From Fibrobacter succinogenes subsp. succinogenes S85 (lineage in GTDB: Bacteria > Fibrobacterota > Fibrobacteria > Fibrobacterales > Fibrobacteraceae): a stretch of 32,000 bases of DNA. The DNA is taken from assembly GCF_000146505.1 (NCBI RefSeq), contig NC_017448.1, forward strand, positions 630,001 to 662,000, given 5' to 3'. Under the pieces are notes generated by a model. It saw only the letters and a list, made by a program, of their open reading frames with translations, was not told where the DNA came from and ran no database searches. Shown in pieces: positions 14,028-22,717 of the stretch; within the stretch, counting starts at the first letter, position 1, and each line of letters opens with the position of its first letter. Both the position numbers and the translations under genes were made by a program.

Positions 14028-15797
14028 TTATCGAACAGTTATGCGTCGCGCTTCGTTACCGACTCGCAAGAGGTACATGCCCGCACGAGGAACGGTTATC
14101 AAGCTTTCGCGACCCAAAGACTGAACTTTTGTAATCAGCCTGCCCTGGGCATCCAGGAGATACGCCGTTTGCGTAGCACCTTGTACGGTAAGAACTCGAC
14201 CGTTGACAGAAACATTGAAATGCGAAGCAACCGTAGCGACATCCAACGAAGTCGTGCCTTGTTCCGAGCTAGAGCTCGAATCAACTTTGCTAGAACTTGA
14301 TTCAACAGAACTAGAGCTAGACTCTGCAACCGCTCCATTTGCACCAACAACCGTAATAGTTCCGTTCTTGGTCGCATTTGTCGTAGCCCCAGTTGTCGTT
14401 ACGGTAAAATTGTACGCCCCCACAGCAGCATTTTGAGCGACCGTACCTGAGATGTAAAAATCACTACCCTTCATTGTTCCTGAAACACCTTCAGGCAGTC
14501 CCGTAACAGTCGCACCCGTGGCGCCAGCGACAGTAAAGTAAAATTCTTCGATAGATTCACCTTGCTTGACTTCTTGCTTAGCGCTACCCGAGCCGTGCTT
14601 AGTAAGTGTCGCCGTTCCCGAAACAGCCTCCCCCTGCGAGGAACTAGATACAGCCTGCGAGGAGCTGGACTGCGCGACACTGCTACTGGATTTCGCGACA
14701 CTTGAACTAGACACAGCCACGCTGGAACTAGACTGTACTTCGCTCGAAGAAGATGCGGGCGTCACCGTTTGAGATTTTCCCGGATCAGGGAGCGTCGCTC
14801 CTGCGTACAACTTAATGGAATCACGAAGGGCATAAGCCTTTGCCTGCGTACTCACGTCCGTAAGGCTCATGGAATAACTCGGCTTGAACGCCGTGCCCGT
14901 ACCGGCCTGCGGTTTCTTCACGTTTTCTTCGTAATTTTCAATCATTTGCGCCGCCGTGATCGTTCCATCGCTCGTGTAAAGGTCAAGCGCCTTCTGCACA
15001 CCGATAAACACGTTCCTTTCAATGCGGATATCAGCCTCTACTGCCGCACGCACGCAGTAGCTCGCGTTCTTGCTATCGAAGAGGTTGTTCGCCACATGTA
15101 CCTTGCCAAAACGCACACGCGGCATGCGTTCCACCACGCCATCCGCCCACCACGTATGGTGAATCGTGACATTTAGGTGCCCACGGTCGCTCGTCTTTGT
15201 CTTGCTGTTGCCAATCAAGTTGCTGAACTGGTGACCTGTCGATGCAGAGGTGTAACTGAACTTGGTCCAAGAAATCGTCACGTAGTCCGAAGCATTGGTA
15301 ATGTCCAGGTTACCGTCGTGACCGTCATACACGTCGACATGGTCAATCCACACGTTCTTGGATTCGTGATTCACTTGGAGGCAATCTTCATCATCGTCAT
15401 CGTGCGCACCCACACCCTTGAATTTCAGGTTGCGGATGATGACGTTCTTCGAGCCACTCAGTTTCATGGCGCTACCCGAAGCGGGCTGCGCAATGATGGC
15501 GCCCTGGTAGCCGTAAATCGTCACGTTGCTACCGACTTCCACCGGACCCATGTACGTACCCGGCTTCACGTAGATAATCTTGTTGCCCGCCTTGGCGTAG
15601 CTCTTGAGGTCGTTCACGTTGTCAACCGTAACCTCGGAGTAGCCCTTGCCGCCCGTAGTGCCGCCATTCTGCGTGGCAAAACCCGCCATCGGAAAATCCG
15701 GCGAAGTCACCGCAAACGCAGGAACCGCAGCCGTTGTGACAGCCAAAGCCGCGAAAGTTGCGGCCACACGCATCGTTTTAGAAAGCAAATAATTCAT
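14028..15797 (-). CDS. Secreted multidomain pectate lyase (PL1 catalytic domain, Ser-rich linkers, Ig-like module, T9SS-like C-terminal sorting domain)
   Basis: 589 aa with a signal peptide. PL1 blocks GGTTGGKG, DHVDVYDGHDGNLDIT and ERMPRVRFG. Two poly-Ser linkers. The C-terminal ~70 aa (..LLDAQGRLI..GMYLLRV..) resembles Por/T9SS tails. Confidence 0.8.
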   Translation of the reverse strand: MNYLLSKTMRVAATFAALAVTTAAVPAFAVTSPDFPMAGFATQNGGTTGGKGYSEVTVDNVNDLKSYAKAGNKIIYVKPGTYMGPVEVGSNVTIYGYQGAIIAQPASGSAMKLSGSKNVIIRNLKFKGVGAHDDDDEDCLQVNHESKNVWIDHVDVYDGHDGNLDITNASDYVTISWTKFSYTSASTGHQFSNLIGNSKTKTSDRGHLNVTIHHTWWADGVVERMPRVRFGKVHVANNLFDSKNASYCVRAAVEADIRIERNVFIGVQKALDLYTSDGTITAAQMIENYEENVKKPQAGTGTAFKPSYSMSLTDVSTQAKAYALRDSIKLYAGATLPDPGKSQTVTPASSSSEVQSSSSVAVSSSSVAKSSSSVAQSSSSQAVSSSSQGEAVSGTATLTKHGSGSAKQEVKQGESIEEFYFTVAGATGATVTGLPEGVSGTMKGSDFYISGTVAQNAAVGAYNFTVTTTGATTNATKNGTITVVGANGAVAESSSSSVESSSSKVDSSSSSEQGTTSLDVATVASHFNVSVNGRVLTVQGATQTAYLLDAQGRLITKVQSLGRESLITVPRAGMYLLRVGNEARRITVR

Positions 15798-15930
15798 AGC
15801 ACATCCCTTTTTTCTTTAAATTTAAGCCGACGAACCAGAAAACGCATCAAAAAATAGCCCCACACAACTCAAAGTGTCCTCTATAGACAACTCCTTTTTA
15901 ACCGAAAAAAAACGATCCACTCCTTGCACG

Positions 15931-15960
15931 AAAAGGCTTGCCCCCTAAGGAGCAAGCCTT
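15931..15960 (-). terminator. Terminator of the beta-helix lipoprotein gene
   Basis: On the minus strand: AAGGCTTGC-tccttaggggg-GCAAGCCTT followed by TTTT. Confidence 0.45.
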
Positions 15961-15990
15961 TAGTGTTTAGGAGGAAATTCAAGGGAAAGG

Positions 15991-17856
15991 CTATTTTTCG
16001 TAGTAGGTCATGCCATTCGGGAGGGTAACTTCGGTCATGCCGCTCACATCTACCTGGGACACAGAGCTGACTTCACCACCGTAAATAATCATGCTACCAG
16101 AAGAGCTAGGCTTGAAAGCGGCTTTGCTAGAACCATACGCCGTACCAGCCGTGTAGCTTGTAGCAGTGCAATAAGGATACTCTTCGGTTTGGCTTCCGAA
16201 ACCAAGCAACACGCCACCATTGATGCTAAATCCATTGTCCGTGTCAATAAGCCCACCAGCCGTATTCGTGGAGCAAGAGCTAGAGCCGCCCCAGCTTCCG
16301 CCCTGATTACCGCCCTGATTTCCCGAAGCAAACATCGCGCTAGACCTTCCACTAGAACCGATTTCAAGGAGCAAAACGCCTCCGCTCATTGTTGCCGTTC
16401 CATTGGCATCAAGCACATCAATATCGTTACCCGCCGCATAGAGGTAATGGTAACCGCCACTGATAATGATATAACCCTTGGAGCCGCTCATCATGCCAGT
16501 CGGGCCGCCGCGGCCACCCCACTGAGAACCACTCGTTGAGTTGGCATCAGCCGAGCCTCCCGCCGCATTCCAAGCATCATCGCTTGCAACCGTCGCCGTC
16601 TTTCCGCCTTCGGCCCTGATGTAGAACGCTTCAATACCTTCGACAGCCTTGGTGATGTTGATGGAACCATCAGAAATGCGCAATGTTGAATCGGCATGGA
16701 TGCCGTCATCGCCCGCAGAAATCGTCGTGCGTCCACCGTTAAAATAAATGTTCATGTTGGAATGGAGCCCATCATCGCCGGATGTCACGCTAGTTACACC
16801 GCCATTGACGTAAAGGCGGTTATCCGTAGCAATACCTTTTCCCTTGCTGTTCACGGTAATAAGCGGTGTTGAAGTAGAATCTGCAATCAAGATGTAGTTG
16901 TAAGCCTGGATGCCATCATCGCCTGCGTTAATGTTGAACTCACCGCCAGTAATAATCACAATTCCCTTTTCTTCCGTGACTACACCTTCGTCGTCGCCCT
17001 CATCGCTCTTGATTCCATCGCCATTTGTTGCCGTCAGTTCAAAATAACCGCCCTCAATATTTACAGAGCCCTTGCCCTTGATGGCGTGATTTTTGGCCTT
17101 GACCGTAATTTCGGGCAAGTCACGAATGCGCAAATCGTTGCTGCAATGAATTCCGTTGTTGTAGTTTCCGGTTACGGTCAACGCGCCACTACCCTTAATC
17201 GTCAAGTCATCCTTGGCATAGATAGTCGCATTTGTCGTGTCACTGGAACCGTTAGACTTTGTATAAGCTTTTGTGCGGGTCGAAGCATCTTCAAGAGTAT
17301 TCTTTGTCCCATCCACCAACAATAAAAATACCTTGTTCGCATTTTGAACATAAATTGGAGCGTCAGAGGCGCTTGCAAGTTGCAAACCATTCAAGTACAG
17401 ATAAACATTGTCTGTACTCCCAGCGTTAACGATTATTTGGTTGTCGTTCGAACTGCCGGTAAGCTGGTAATTTCCTTGGCAGCTGATGGTAATGGTCTTT
17501 TCATTTTGAGCAATGCAACCATTGTCATTCGAGACCGAAACGGATGCGTTGGTAAAAGTAATAACCGGATCACCAGAAATTTCGGAAACCATTACAGGAT
17601 CCGAAGCAACTTGTTCAATAATGACTTCTTCAGTCGAAGAACTTTGTTCAGTCGACACAGAACTCTGGTTTTCCGCCGTAGAGCCTTGATTGTCTGAAGA
17701 TATTTCCGGATTAGAGACCTCCGTAGTTTCACCGGCAGAATCTGATTCAGCAGCATTCGGGGCAACAACACCCGTAGAATCTACGCTACTATCACCACAG
17801 GCGCAAAGCGTTAGAGCTGCGCACCAAACGATGTTTGATAATTTCAATGTTTTCAT
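15991..17856 (-). CDS. Lipoprotein with repetitive right-handed beta-helix-type repeats; probable carbohydrate-binding protein (Cthe_2159/DUF4353-like)
   Basis: 621 aa. Lipobox LCAC-GD. Ser/Glu-rich linker. Repeated G-D-D-G-I-x-A/S motifs (GDGIKS, GDDGIQA, GDDGLHS, GDDGIHAD) and a Gly-rich stretch. The family assignment is from memory only. Confidence 0.55.
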   Translation of the reverse strand: MKTLKLSNIVWCAALTLCACGDSSVDSTGVVAPNAAESDSAGETTEVSNPEISSDNQGSTAENQSSVSTEQSSSTEEVIIEQVASDPVMVSEISGDPVITFTNASVSVSNDNGCIAQNEKTITISCQGNYQLTGSSNDNQIIVNAGSTDNVYLYLNGLQLASASDAPIYVQNANKVFLLLVDGTKNTLEDASTRTKAYTKSNGSSDTTNATIYAKDDLTIKGSGALTVTGNYNNGIHCSNDLRIRDLPEITVKAKNHAIKGKGSVNIEGGYFELTATNGDGIKSDEGDDEGVVTEEKGIVIITGGEFNINAGDDGIQAYNYILIADSTSTPLITVNSKGKGIATDNRLYVNGGVTSVTSGDDGLHSNMNIYFNGGRTTISAGDDGIHADSTLRISDGSINITKAVEGIEAFYIRAEGGKTATVASDDAWNAAGGSADANSTSGSQWGGRGGPTGMMSGSKGYIIISGGYHYLYAAGNDIDVLDANGTATMSGGVLLLEIGSSGRSSAMFASGNQGGNQGGSWGGSSSCSTNTAGGLIDTDNGFSINGGVLLGFGSQTEEYPYCTATSYTAGTAYGSSKAAFKPSSSGSMIIYGGEVSSVSQVDVSGMTEVTLPNGMTYYEK

Positions 17857-18059
17857 ATATCACCCCATTTTTTCTATAAAAGTAGCTCCGGCACAGTCGT
17901 AAAAAAAGTGATACAAGCATATTTTTGAAATACGCGCAATTTTCTTTTGGGACGAAAAGTTCCATACGGAACAAAAAACCCCAACAACAATTACTCCAAC
18001 TAAGACCAACTTTCTTTTGAACATGCCTTAAATTTTTCTACAATTGGCGTAGAGGAATT

Positions 18060-19619
18060 ATGAGCGAAGATATTTTGCAAAAAATCGTGCGGATGCGCCG
18101 CGAAGACATCGATAGACTTGGACTGAATTTCAACATTGATATTCCCGAGGCGCGTCGCGTTGGTCATACTGAATTTTTGGGTAATGCAGGAGCCATCCTT
18201 GAGGTCAAGAGGGCTTCGCCATCCAAGGGAGACATCGCGCCGAACTTGAATCCGGTGGAACTCGCCACGACTTACGCCGAAGCACACGCTCAAGCCGTTT
18301 CCGTGCTGACCGAAATGAACTTTTTCAAGGGTTCGCTCCGCGACCTGATTGCCGTTGCAGACTTGATGGAACGCCGCCGTCAGCAGGGCTTGCACACTTG
18401 CGCTGTTCTCCGCAAAGATTTCCTTTTATTCGAAGACGAAATTGACATTGCATACCGCTGTGGCGCCGATGCCGTATTACTCATCGCCCGCATCCTCGAC
18501 GACGCCCAACTCGTAAAGATGGCTCAGCGCGCGCAGAAGTTCGGCATTCAGGCATTCGTTGAAGTCCGCGAAGCTGACGATTTCCGCAAGCTTGCCGTTG
18601 TGACAGCCGCTCTCGGTGATGCAGCCGCCAAGACGATTGTCGCAGGCGTCAATTCCCGCGATCTCGCCACATTCCACACGGACCCGCTGATTCCCGCAAG
18701 CGTCCGCAGCAAGCTCCCCGCCAAAGCCGTTTTTGAATCGGGCATTCTGAGCGCCGCCGATGCGACATACGCCCGCAATCTCGGATTCACGGGCATTCTC
18801 GTCGGAGAAGCCGTAGCCAAGAATCCCCCGCTCGCCAAAGACGTTGTGAGCGCATTCGAAAGCGGATGCGAAAACGCCCGCGGTCTGTTCTGGAAGAAAT
18901 TCGCCGAACGCAAGTTTGCCAATAACGAGACTCGCGCAGCCTCATCACAAGATGCGCGCCGCCCGCTCGTGAAAATCTGCGGCATCACCCGCGAAGAAGA
19001 CGGTCTCCTCGCCGCCGAACTCGGCGCCGACATGCTCGGATTCGTGTTCAGCACCACCAAGAGACTCACCACCGAAGAATTCGTGCGCAGTTTCAAGACT
19101 AGATTGCTTCGCTCCGCTTGCAATGACGTAGCTCCGCTTCTCGTTGGCGTGATTACCGACCCGAATTCCGTCGAAGGCAAAACCGCCATCAAGCTCGCCC
19201 AAGAAGGCGTGCTCGACGCCGTACAGTTCCACGGCGTTAATCCGCACAATTCCGACGCACTCGCGGAATCTTGCAGCGCAGCCCTCCCCTACTACTGCGC
19301 AGCACGCGTAGGCGCCCCCGAAGACTTCGATTACATCGCAAGTCTCCGCAAGAACGGCGAGCCCCGCATTTTGCTGGACGCCAAGGTCGAAGGCATCCCC
19401 GGCGGCACCGGCAAGACCATCCCCGAATCGCTCCTCCGCGAAAAAGCAAACGGAGCCCCGCTTTGGCTCGCCGGCGGCATCACCCCTGAAAACGTCGCCA
19501 CCATCTGCGAAAAGTTCCACCCCGAACTCATTGACATATCTAGCGGCATCGAAGACGCCCCCGGCATCAAGAATCACGACAAGATGAAAGCGCTGTTTGC
19601 GGAATTCGCCGCAAAATAA
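18060..19619 (+). CDS. trpCF: Bifunctional indole-3-glycerol-phosphate synthase / phosphoribosylanthranilate isomerase
   Basis: 519 aa. TrpC motifs EVKRASPSKG and LRKDF. The C-terminal TrpF half starts VKICGIT and carries LDAVQFHG and LAGGI. Confidence 0.9.
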   Translation: MSEDILQKIVRMRREDIDRLGLNFNIDIPEARRVGHTEFLGNAGAILEVKRASPSKGDIAPNLNPVELATTYAEAHAQAVSVLTEMNFFKGSLRDLIAVADLMERRRQQGLHTCAVLRKDFLLFEDEIDIAYRCGADAVLLIARILDDAQLVKMAQRAQKFGIQAFVEVREADDFRKLAVVTAALGDAAAKTIVAGVNSRDLATFHTDPLIPASVRSKLPAKAVFESGILSAADATYARNLGFTGILVGEAVAKNPPLAKDVVSAFESGCENARGLFWKKFAERKFANNETRAASSQDARRPLVKICGITREEDGLLAAELGADMLGFVFSTTKRLTTEEFVRSFKTRLLRSACNDVAPLLVGVITDPNSVEGKTAIKLAQEGVLDAVQFHGVNPHNSDALAESCSAALPYYCAARVGAPEDFDYIASLRKNGEPRILLDAKVEGIPGGTGKTIPESLLREKANGAPLWLAGGITPENVATICEKFHPELIDISSGIEDAPGIKNHDKMKALFAEFAAK

Positions 19620-19644
19620 CTTTCAAGAAATTGCGATTACAAGT

Positions 19645-19672
19645 AAAGCCTATCCTCCGAGATAGGCTTTTT
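19645..19672 (+). terminator. Rho-independent terminator after trpCF
   Basis: AAAGCCTATC-ctccga-GATAGGCTTT followed by TT. Confidence 0.7.
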
Positions 19673-19725
19673 CAATACCGCACCAAAATCGTACCAAAAA
19701 TTTACAAAAAAGTTATCGTAACCTA

Positions 19726-19890
19726 TTGACAATCAACGACTTACATTATATATTGATATACGTAAAGGTGAAATCGGTAATCCACTCAGACCGCTTGCGG
19801 GAGGGGTTCCCGTAAAACGGAACGGATTTGCTGGTTTCATCAAGTGTTTGATTCAATGGCTTCCGGAATGTGCCGGAAGCCTATTTTTTT
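19726..19890 (+). promoter_or_regulatory. Promoter plus leader/terminator element paralogous to the trpBA attenuator but without Trp codons
   Basis: TTGACA (19726-19731), 17 nt, TATATT (19749-19754). Mini-ORF GTG 19768..TAA 19815 encodes MKSVIHSDRLREGFP. The 16-nt block TTTCATCAAGTGTTTG (19835-19850) is identical to 22561-22576. Terminator GGCTTCCGG-aatgtg-CCGGAAGCC plus T7 at 19858-19890. Confidence 0.45.
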
Positions 19891-19981
19891 GCATTTTCAT
19901 TTTGCAGCGCCTCTGCAACCGCAAAAAAAAATAAAAATTTACAAAATCCCGCAAAAAGCGAAAAAAGCTATTTTCTGCGGC

Positions 19982-21136
19982 ATGAACAAACAAACTCTTT
20001 TTAACAACATTTTTTCCATTTGCCTCTCAAGCGCTCTTTTCTGCGCTTGCGGCGACAGCACTTCTTCCGACTCCAACAACGAAGGAGAAGAATTCAAAAA
20101 CACCATCAACGCCTTGGATTGGGGTTCCGACACCACATTCGTCATCGGGCACAAGACTCCTGATGTCGATGCCGTCACTTCGGCTATGAGTTACGCAGCA
20201 CTCATGCGAGCTTTGGGGCACAACGCCGTAGCCAAAATCATAAGTCCAATCAATCGCGAAACGGCTTACATCGCCGAAAAATTCGGCTTCAAAGTTCCCG
20301 AGGAAATGAAATCCGTAGAAGCAGGTACGCGTCTCATCCTCACCGACCACGCCGAATCCGCGCAGTCCGTCGAAGGAGTCAAAGAGGCTAAGATTCTCCA
20401 GATTATCGACCACCACATTCCTGGCGACCTTGACGAAAAAGTCACCTCCGACACTTACGTGAACCGTCAAATTATCGGATCCACCTGCACCATCATTTGG
20501 GACCTCTACAAGAAGGCCGACGTCAAAATTGATAACGACATGGCCAAGATTCTTTTGGCGGGCATTCTTTCTGACACGCGCAACTTGACCAAAGTCGCAT
20601 CCTCGGCTTTAGATTCGTCTGCATGGAAAAGCCTTATCGAACAGCTCAAGATTTCCCCCGATAGCGTCGCCAAGCTCTCCCGCGAAATGGACGATGCGTC
20701 GCACGATTACTACGGCATGACGGACAAGGAAATTTTCCTCTCCGACTACAAGGATTACGAAATCGAAGGCGTCAAAATTGGAATCGCAAGCAACGACTGG
20801 TATGTTGATTCGACCAAGAGCGACTTCTTTAAACGTCTCGCCGCCGTGATGCCCGAAATTGCCAAAGAAAAGAAGCGCGACATTCTCTTTGCCAAGGTTG
20901 ACGGACACGACCCGAATCCAGATCCGGAAACCGCCGCCGAAACACCGTTCATCGAATCGGGTTCCTACACCATCATCTACGCTTCAGATGATTACGAAGC
21001 CACGGCTAAAGAAATCGCCGAAAGTGCATTTGGAGAACTTTTCAGCGAAGGCGTTTACTTCTCCGCCGAAAAGATCAGCCGCAAGTCGCTGATGGTCCCA
21101 AAAATCACGGAATACCTCGAAGGCAAGAAAAAATAG
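19982..21136 (+). CDS. DHH/DHHA2-family phosphoesterase lipoprotein (family II inorganic pyrophosphatase-like)
   Basis: Start at ATG 19982 gives the signal and lipobox ..ALFCAC-GD. Motifs GHKTPDVDAV, LTDHAES, IIDHH, GILSDTRN and a C-terminal SRKSLMVP (DHHA2). The listed start 19844 lies inside the upstream terminator. Confidence 0.7.
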   Translation: MNKQTLFNNIFSICLSSALFCACGDSTSSDSNNEGEEFKNTINALDWGSDTTFVIGHKTPDVDAVTSAMSYAALMRALGHNAVAKIISPINRETAYIAEKFGFKVPEEMKSVEAGTRLILTDHAESAQSVEGVKEAKILQIIDHHIPGDLDEKVTSDTYVNRQIIGSTCTIIWDLYKKADVKIDNDMAKILLAGILSDTRNLTKVASSALDSSAWKSLIEQLKISPDSVAKLSREMDDASHDYYGMTDKEIFLSDYKDYEIEGVKIGIASNDWYVDSTKSDFFKRLAAVMPEIAKEKKRDILFAKVDGHDPNPDPETAAETPFIESGSYTIIYASDDYEATAKEIAESAFGELFSEGVYFSAEKISRKSLMVPKITEYLEGKKK

Positions 21137-21177
21137 AGCCAACCCTTACCTCAAAAAATTCAACACTATAGCAAAAT

Positions 21178-21211
21178 GGCTTCCGGGATTTGCCGGAAGC
21201 CTAATTTTTTT
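21178..21211. terminator. Bidirectional terminator, near-copy of the 19858 hairpin
   Basis: GGCTTCCGG-gatttg-CCGGAAGCC followed by taaTTTTTTT. An A/T run sits on the other side, serving the convergent minus-strand gene. Confidence 0.7.
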
Positions 21212-21272
21212 GTATCGAACAGAGCTTTTAATCTGAAACAAGAATTATCGTTGTAATCAAACACCCCTCAAA

Positions 21273-22124
21273 CTACTTATAACTTATCGTCACAGCCCAT
21301 TCAAGTTTTAAGTCTGTAGCCTTGCTATCACTCTGCAAAATAGGAACATCTACCTTATCACCCGCATCATGAATGATATAGCAATAGTTTGAAGAATGTA
21401 AAACATTCGATTCAATTACGTTATATTCATAAACGACAGGACAAACATAGATTACATTTACACCACCGGAAAATTTCTTGGTAAAATATTCATGTCCGGT
21501 CCACTTGCCAACGTTATCACCAGGATTAAAGACATTTGTCTTTACCGAATCAATCAAAGAATCATCAGAATATGTTTTAATGACAAAAGAAATCCGCGGA
21601 TCACCGTCCGTATAGTTTTCCTTATGACTATTCTGTTTTTCCCAGTTGTCCGAAACCTGCTTGAACAAAGTCAAATCAATTTCTACAAAAAATTCTTTAT
21701 ACAGGAACGTTTCCCTTTCTGCATTATATTCAGACCGTACGCTGCTAGAGCTGTAGTAAATTTTTTCATCAAGAACAGAACTACTAGAAACCTTAGCAAC
21801 ACTATTAGACGACTTTACATTATTCGGTTTTACCCAAGTATAATCACCATTTTTATAAGAACACGTATAGAATTCGCCCTCATCTGATACAAAAATCTTT
21901 TCGGATTCATTATCATAAGAGCATTTCCCGAGTTCAAAAGTAGTCTTGACGCTTGTCCGCTGAACACTGGAGCTACTTTTTTGCATGCTCGAACTACTTT
22001 CCTTTTCGCTCACCTGCGGAGCAAGCGGCGAGGCGCTGTCATCACCACACGCAGAAAGAAGGGACATTCCTACGAGGGCAAATACGCCAACAAGGCTAGT
22101 CCATTTAACTTGTTTACTTTTCAT
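21273..22124 (-). CDS. Hypothetical lipoprotein with Ser-rich linkers
   Basis: ATG 22124 is preceded by GGAGAAAAA. Signal and lipobox LLSAC-GDD. Poly-Ser segments. No recognisable catalytic motif. Confidence 0.6.
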   Translation of the reverse strand: MKSKQVKWTSLVGVFALVGMSLLSACGDDSASPLAPQVSEKESSSSMQKSSSSVQRTSVKTTFELGKCSYDNESEKIFVSDEGEFYTCSYKNGDYTWVKPNNVKSSNSVAKVSSSSVLDEKIYYSSSSVRSEYNAERETFLYKEFFVEIDLTLFKQVSDNWEKQNSHKENYTDGDPRISFVIKTYSDDSLIDSVKTNVFNPGDNVGKWTGHEYFTKKFSGGVNVIYVCPVVYEYNVIESNVLHSSNYCYIIHDAGDKVDVPILQSDSKATDLKLEWAVTISYK

Positions 22125-22488
22125 TTTTTCTCCATTGGTTAAAAATCCAACAATGGAGCCCACCTCATCCCGTAAAAGCGTTTTCGATTCACACAAAAAA
22201 AGCGTGGAATCGTCCGCGCCATCGTAGTTGAGGTAACGACCAAGTAAACCTTAAGCAAAATAAACGCAAACGACCCACACCATAGGGTGTGAGTGTCTGC
22301 CCTTTTTCTCTTGCTTAGAAAGTTTTGGTCGTTTTTCAACTACAAGAATAAGAGCGAACTCTAAATTATGTCAATGTAAATATAAGTAAATAGTGAAATT
22401 TTCCAAAGCCCTTTTTTATATCGAGAAAAAATTGAAAAAAATTCCCCATTCCCTTGCCAAATTAAAATTTCATTCCTACATTTATAGT

Positions 22489-22545
22489 ATGAAGATGAAC
22501 GCAGTAATCCGTTTCAACCGTTGGTGGTGGGGCTCTACGAAATAG
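22489..22545 (+). CDS. trpL: trp leader peptide (18 codons, three consecutive Trp codons)
   Basis: atg aag atg aac gca gta atc cgt ttc aac cgt TGG TGG TGG ggc tct acg aaa tag. The Trp codons lie at 22522-22530. It sits between a candidate promoter (TTGCCA 22454-22459, 17 nt, TACATT) and a strong terminator, upstream of trpB. Confidence 0.7.
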   Translation: MKMNAVIRFNRWWWGSTK

Positions 22546-22581
22546 AGTCCGGTTTGCTGATTTCATCAAGTGTTTGTAAAA

Positions 22582-22615
22582 GGCTTTCGGGACTCTCCGG
22601 AAGCCGATTTTTTTT
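22582..22615 (+). terminator. Attenuator terminator of the trpBA leader
   Basis: GGCTTTCGG-gactct-CCGGAAGCC (one G-U pair) followed by gaTTTTTTTT, about 100 nt upstream of the trpB ATG. Confidence 0.75.
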
Positions 22616-22717
22616 GGTTTCTGGACTCGCAGCGCCTCAGCAGGCATAGAGACTTTAACCCTTAACTAGATCCTTCGACTTCGGGCTCCGCCCATCGCTC
22701 AGGATGACAGAACAACA

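Noticed and set aside
15177-15857. 226-aa plus-strand ORF, and 14769..15176 (+), inside the pectate lyase locus
   Set aside because: They are antisense to a minus-strand gene with clear PL1 motifs and a signal peptide. Their translations are Arg/His/Val-rich nonsense.
19760-19860. I first read the two homologous elements (19760-19890 and 22489-22615) as a novel riboswitch or a T-box
   Set aside because: The copy upstream of trpB contains an in-frame mini-ORF with three consecutive Trp codons. That makes a leader-peptide attenuator the simpler explanation. No T-box consensus is present. A riboswitch-like role for the Trp-less copy remains open.
19844-19981. Listed start of the DHH ORF at 19844. 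The same problem applies to 22196 for the minus-strand lipoprotein, 27295 for the GGDEF gene and TTG 1008 for bioB
   Set aside because: These extensions run through terminator hairpins or overlap the upstream gene. Internal ATGs (19982, 22124, 27508, 1050) give proper signal peptides or RBSs.
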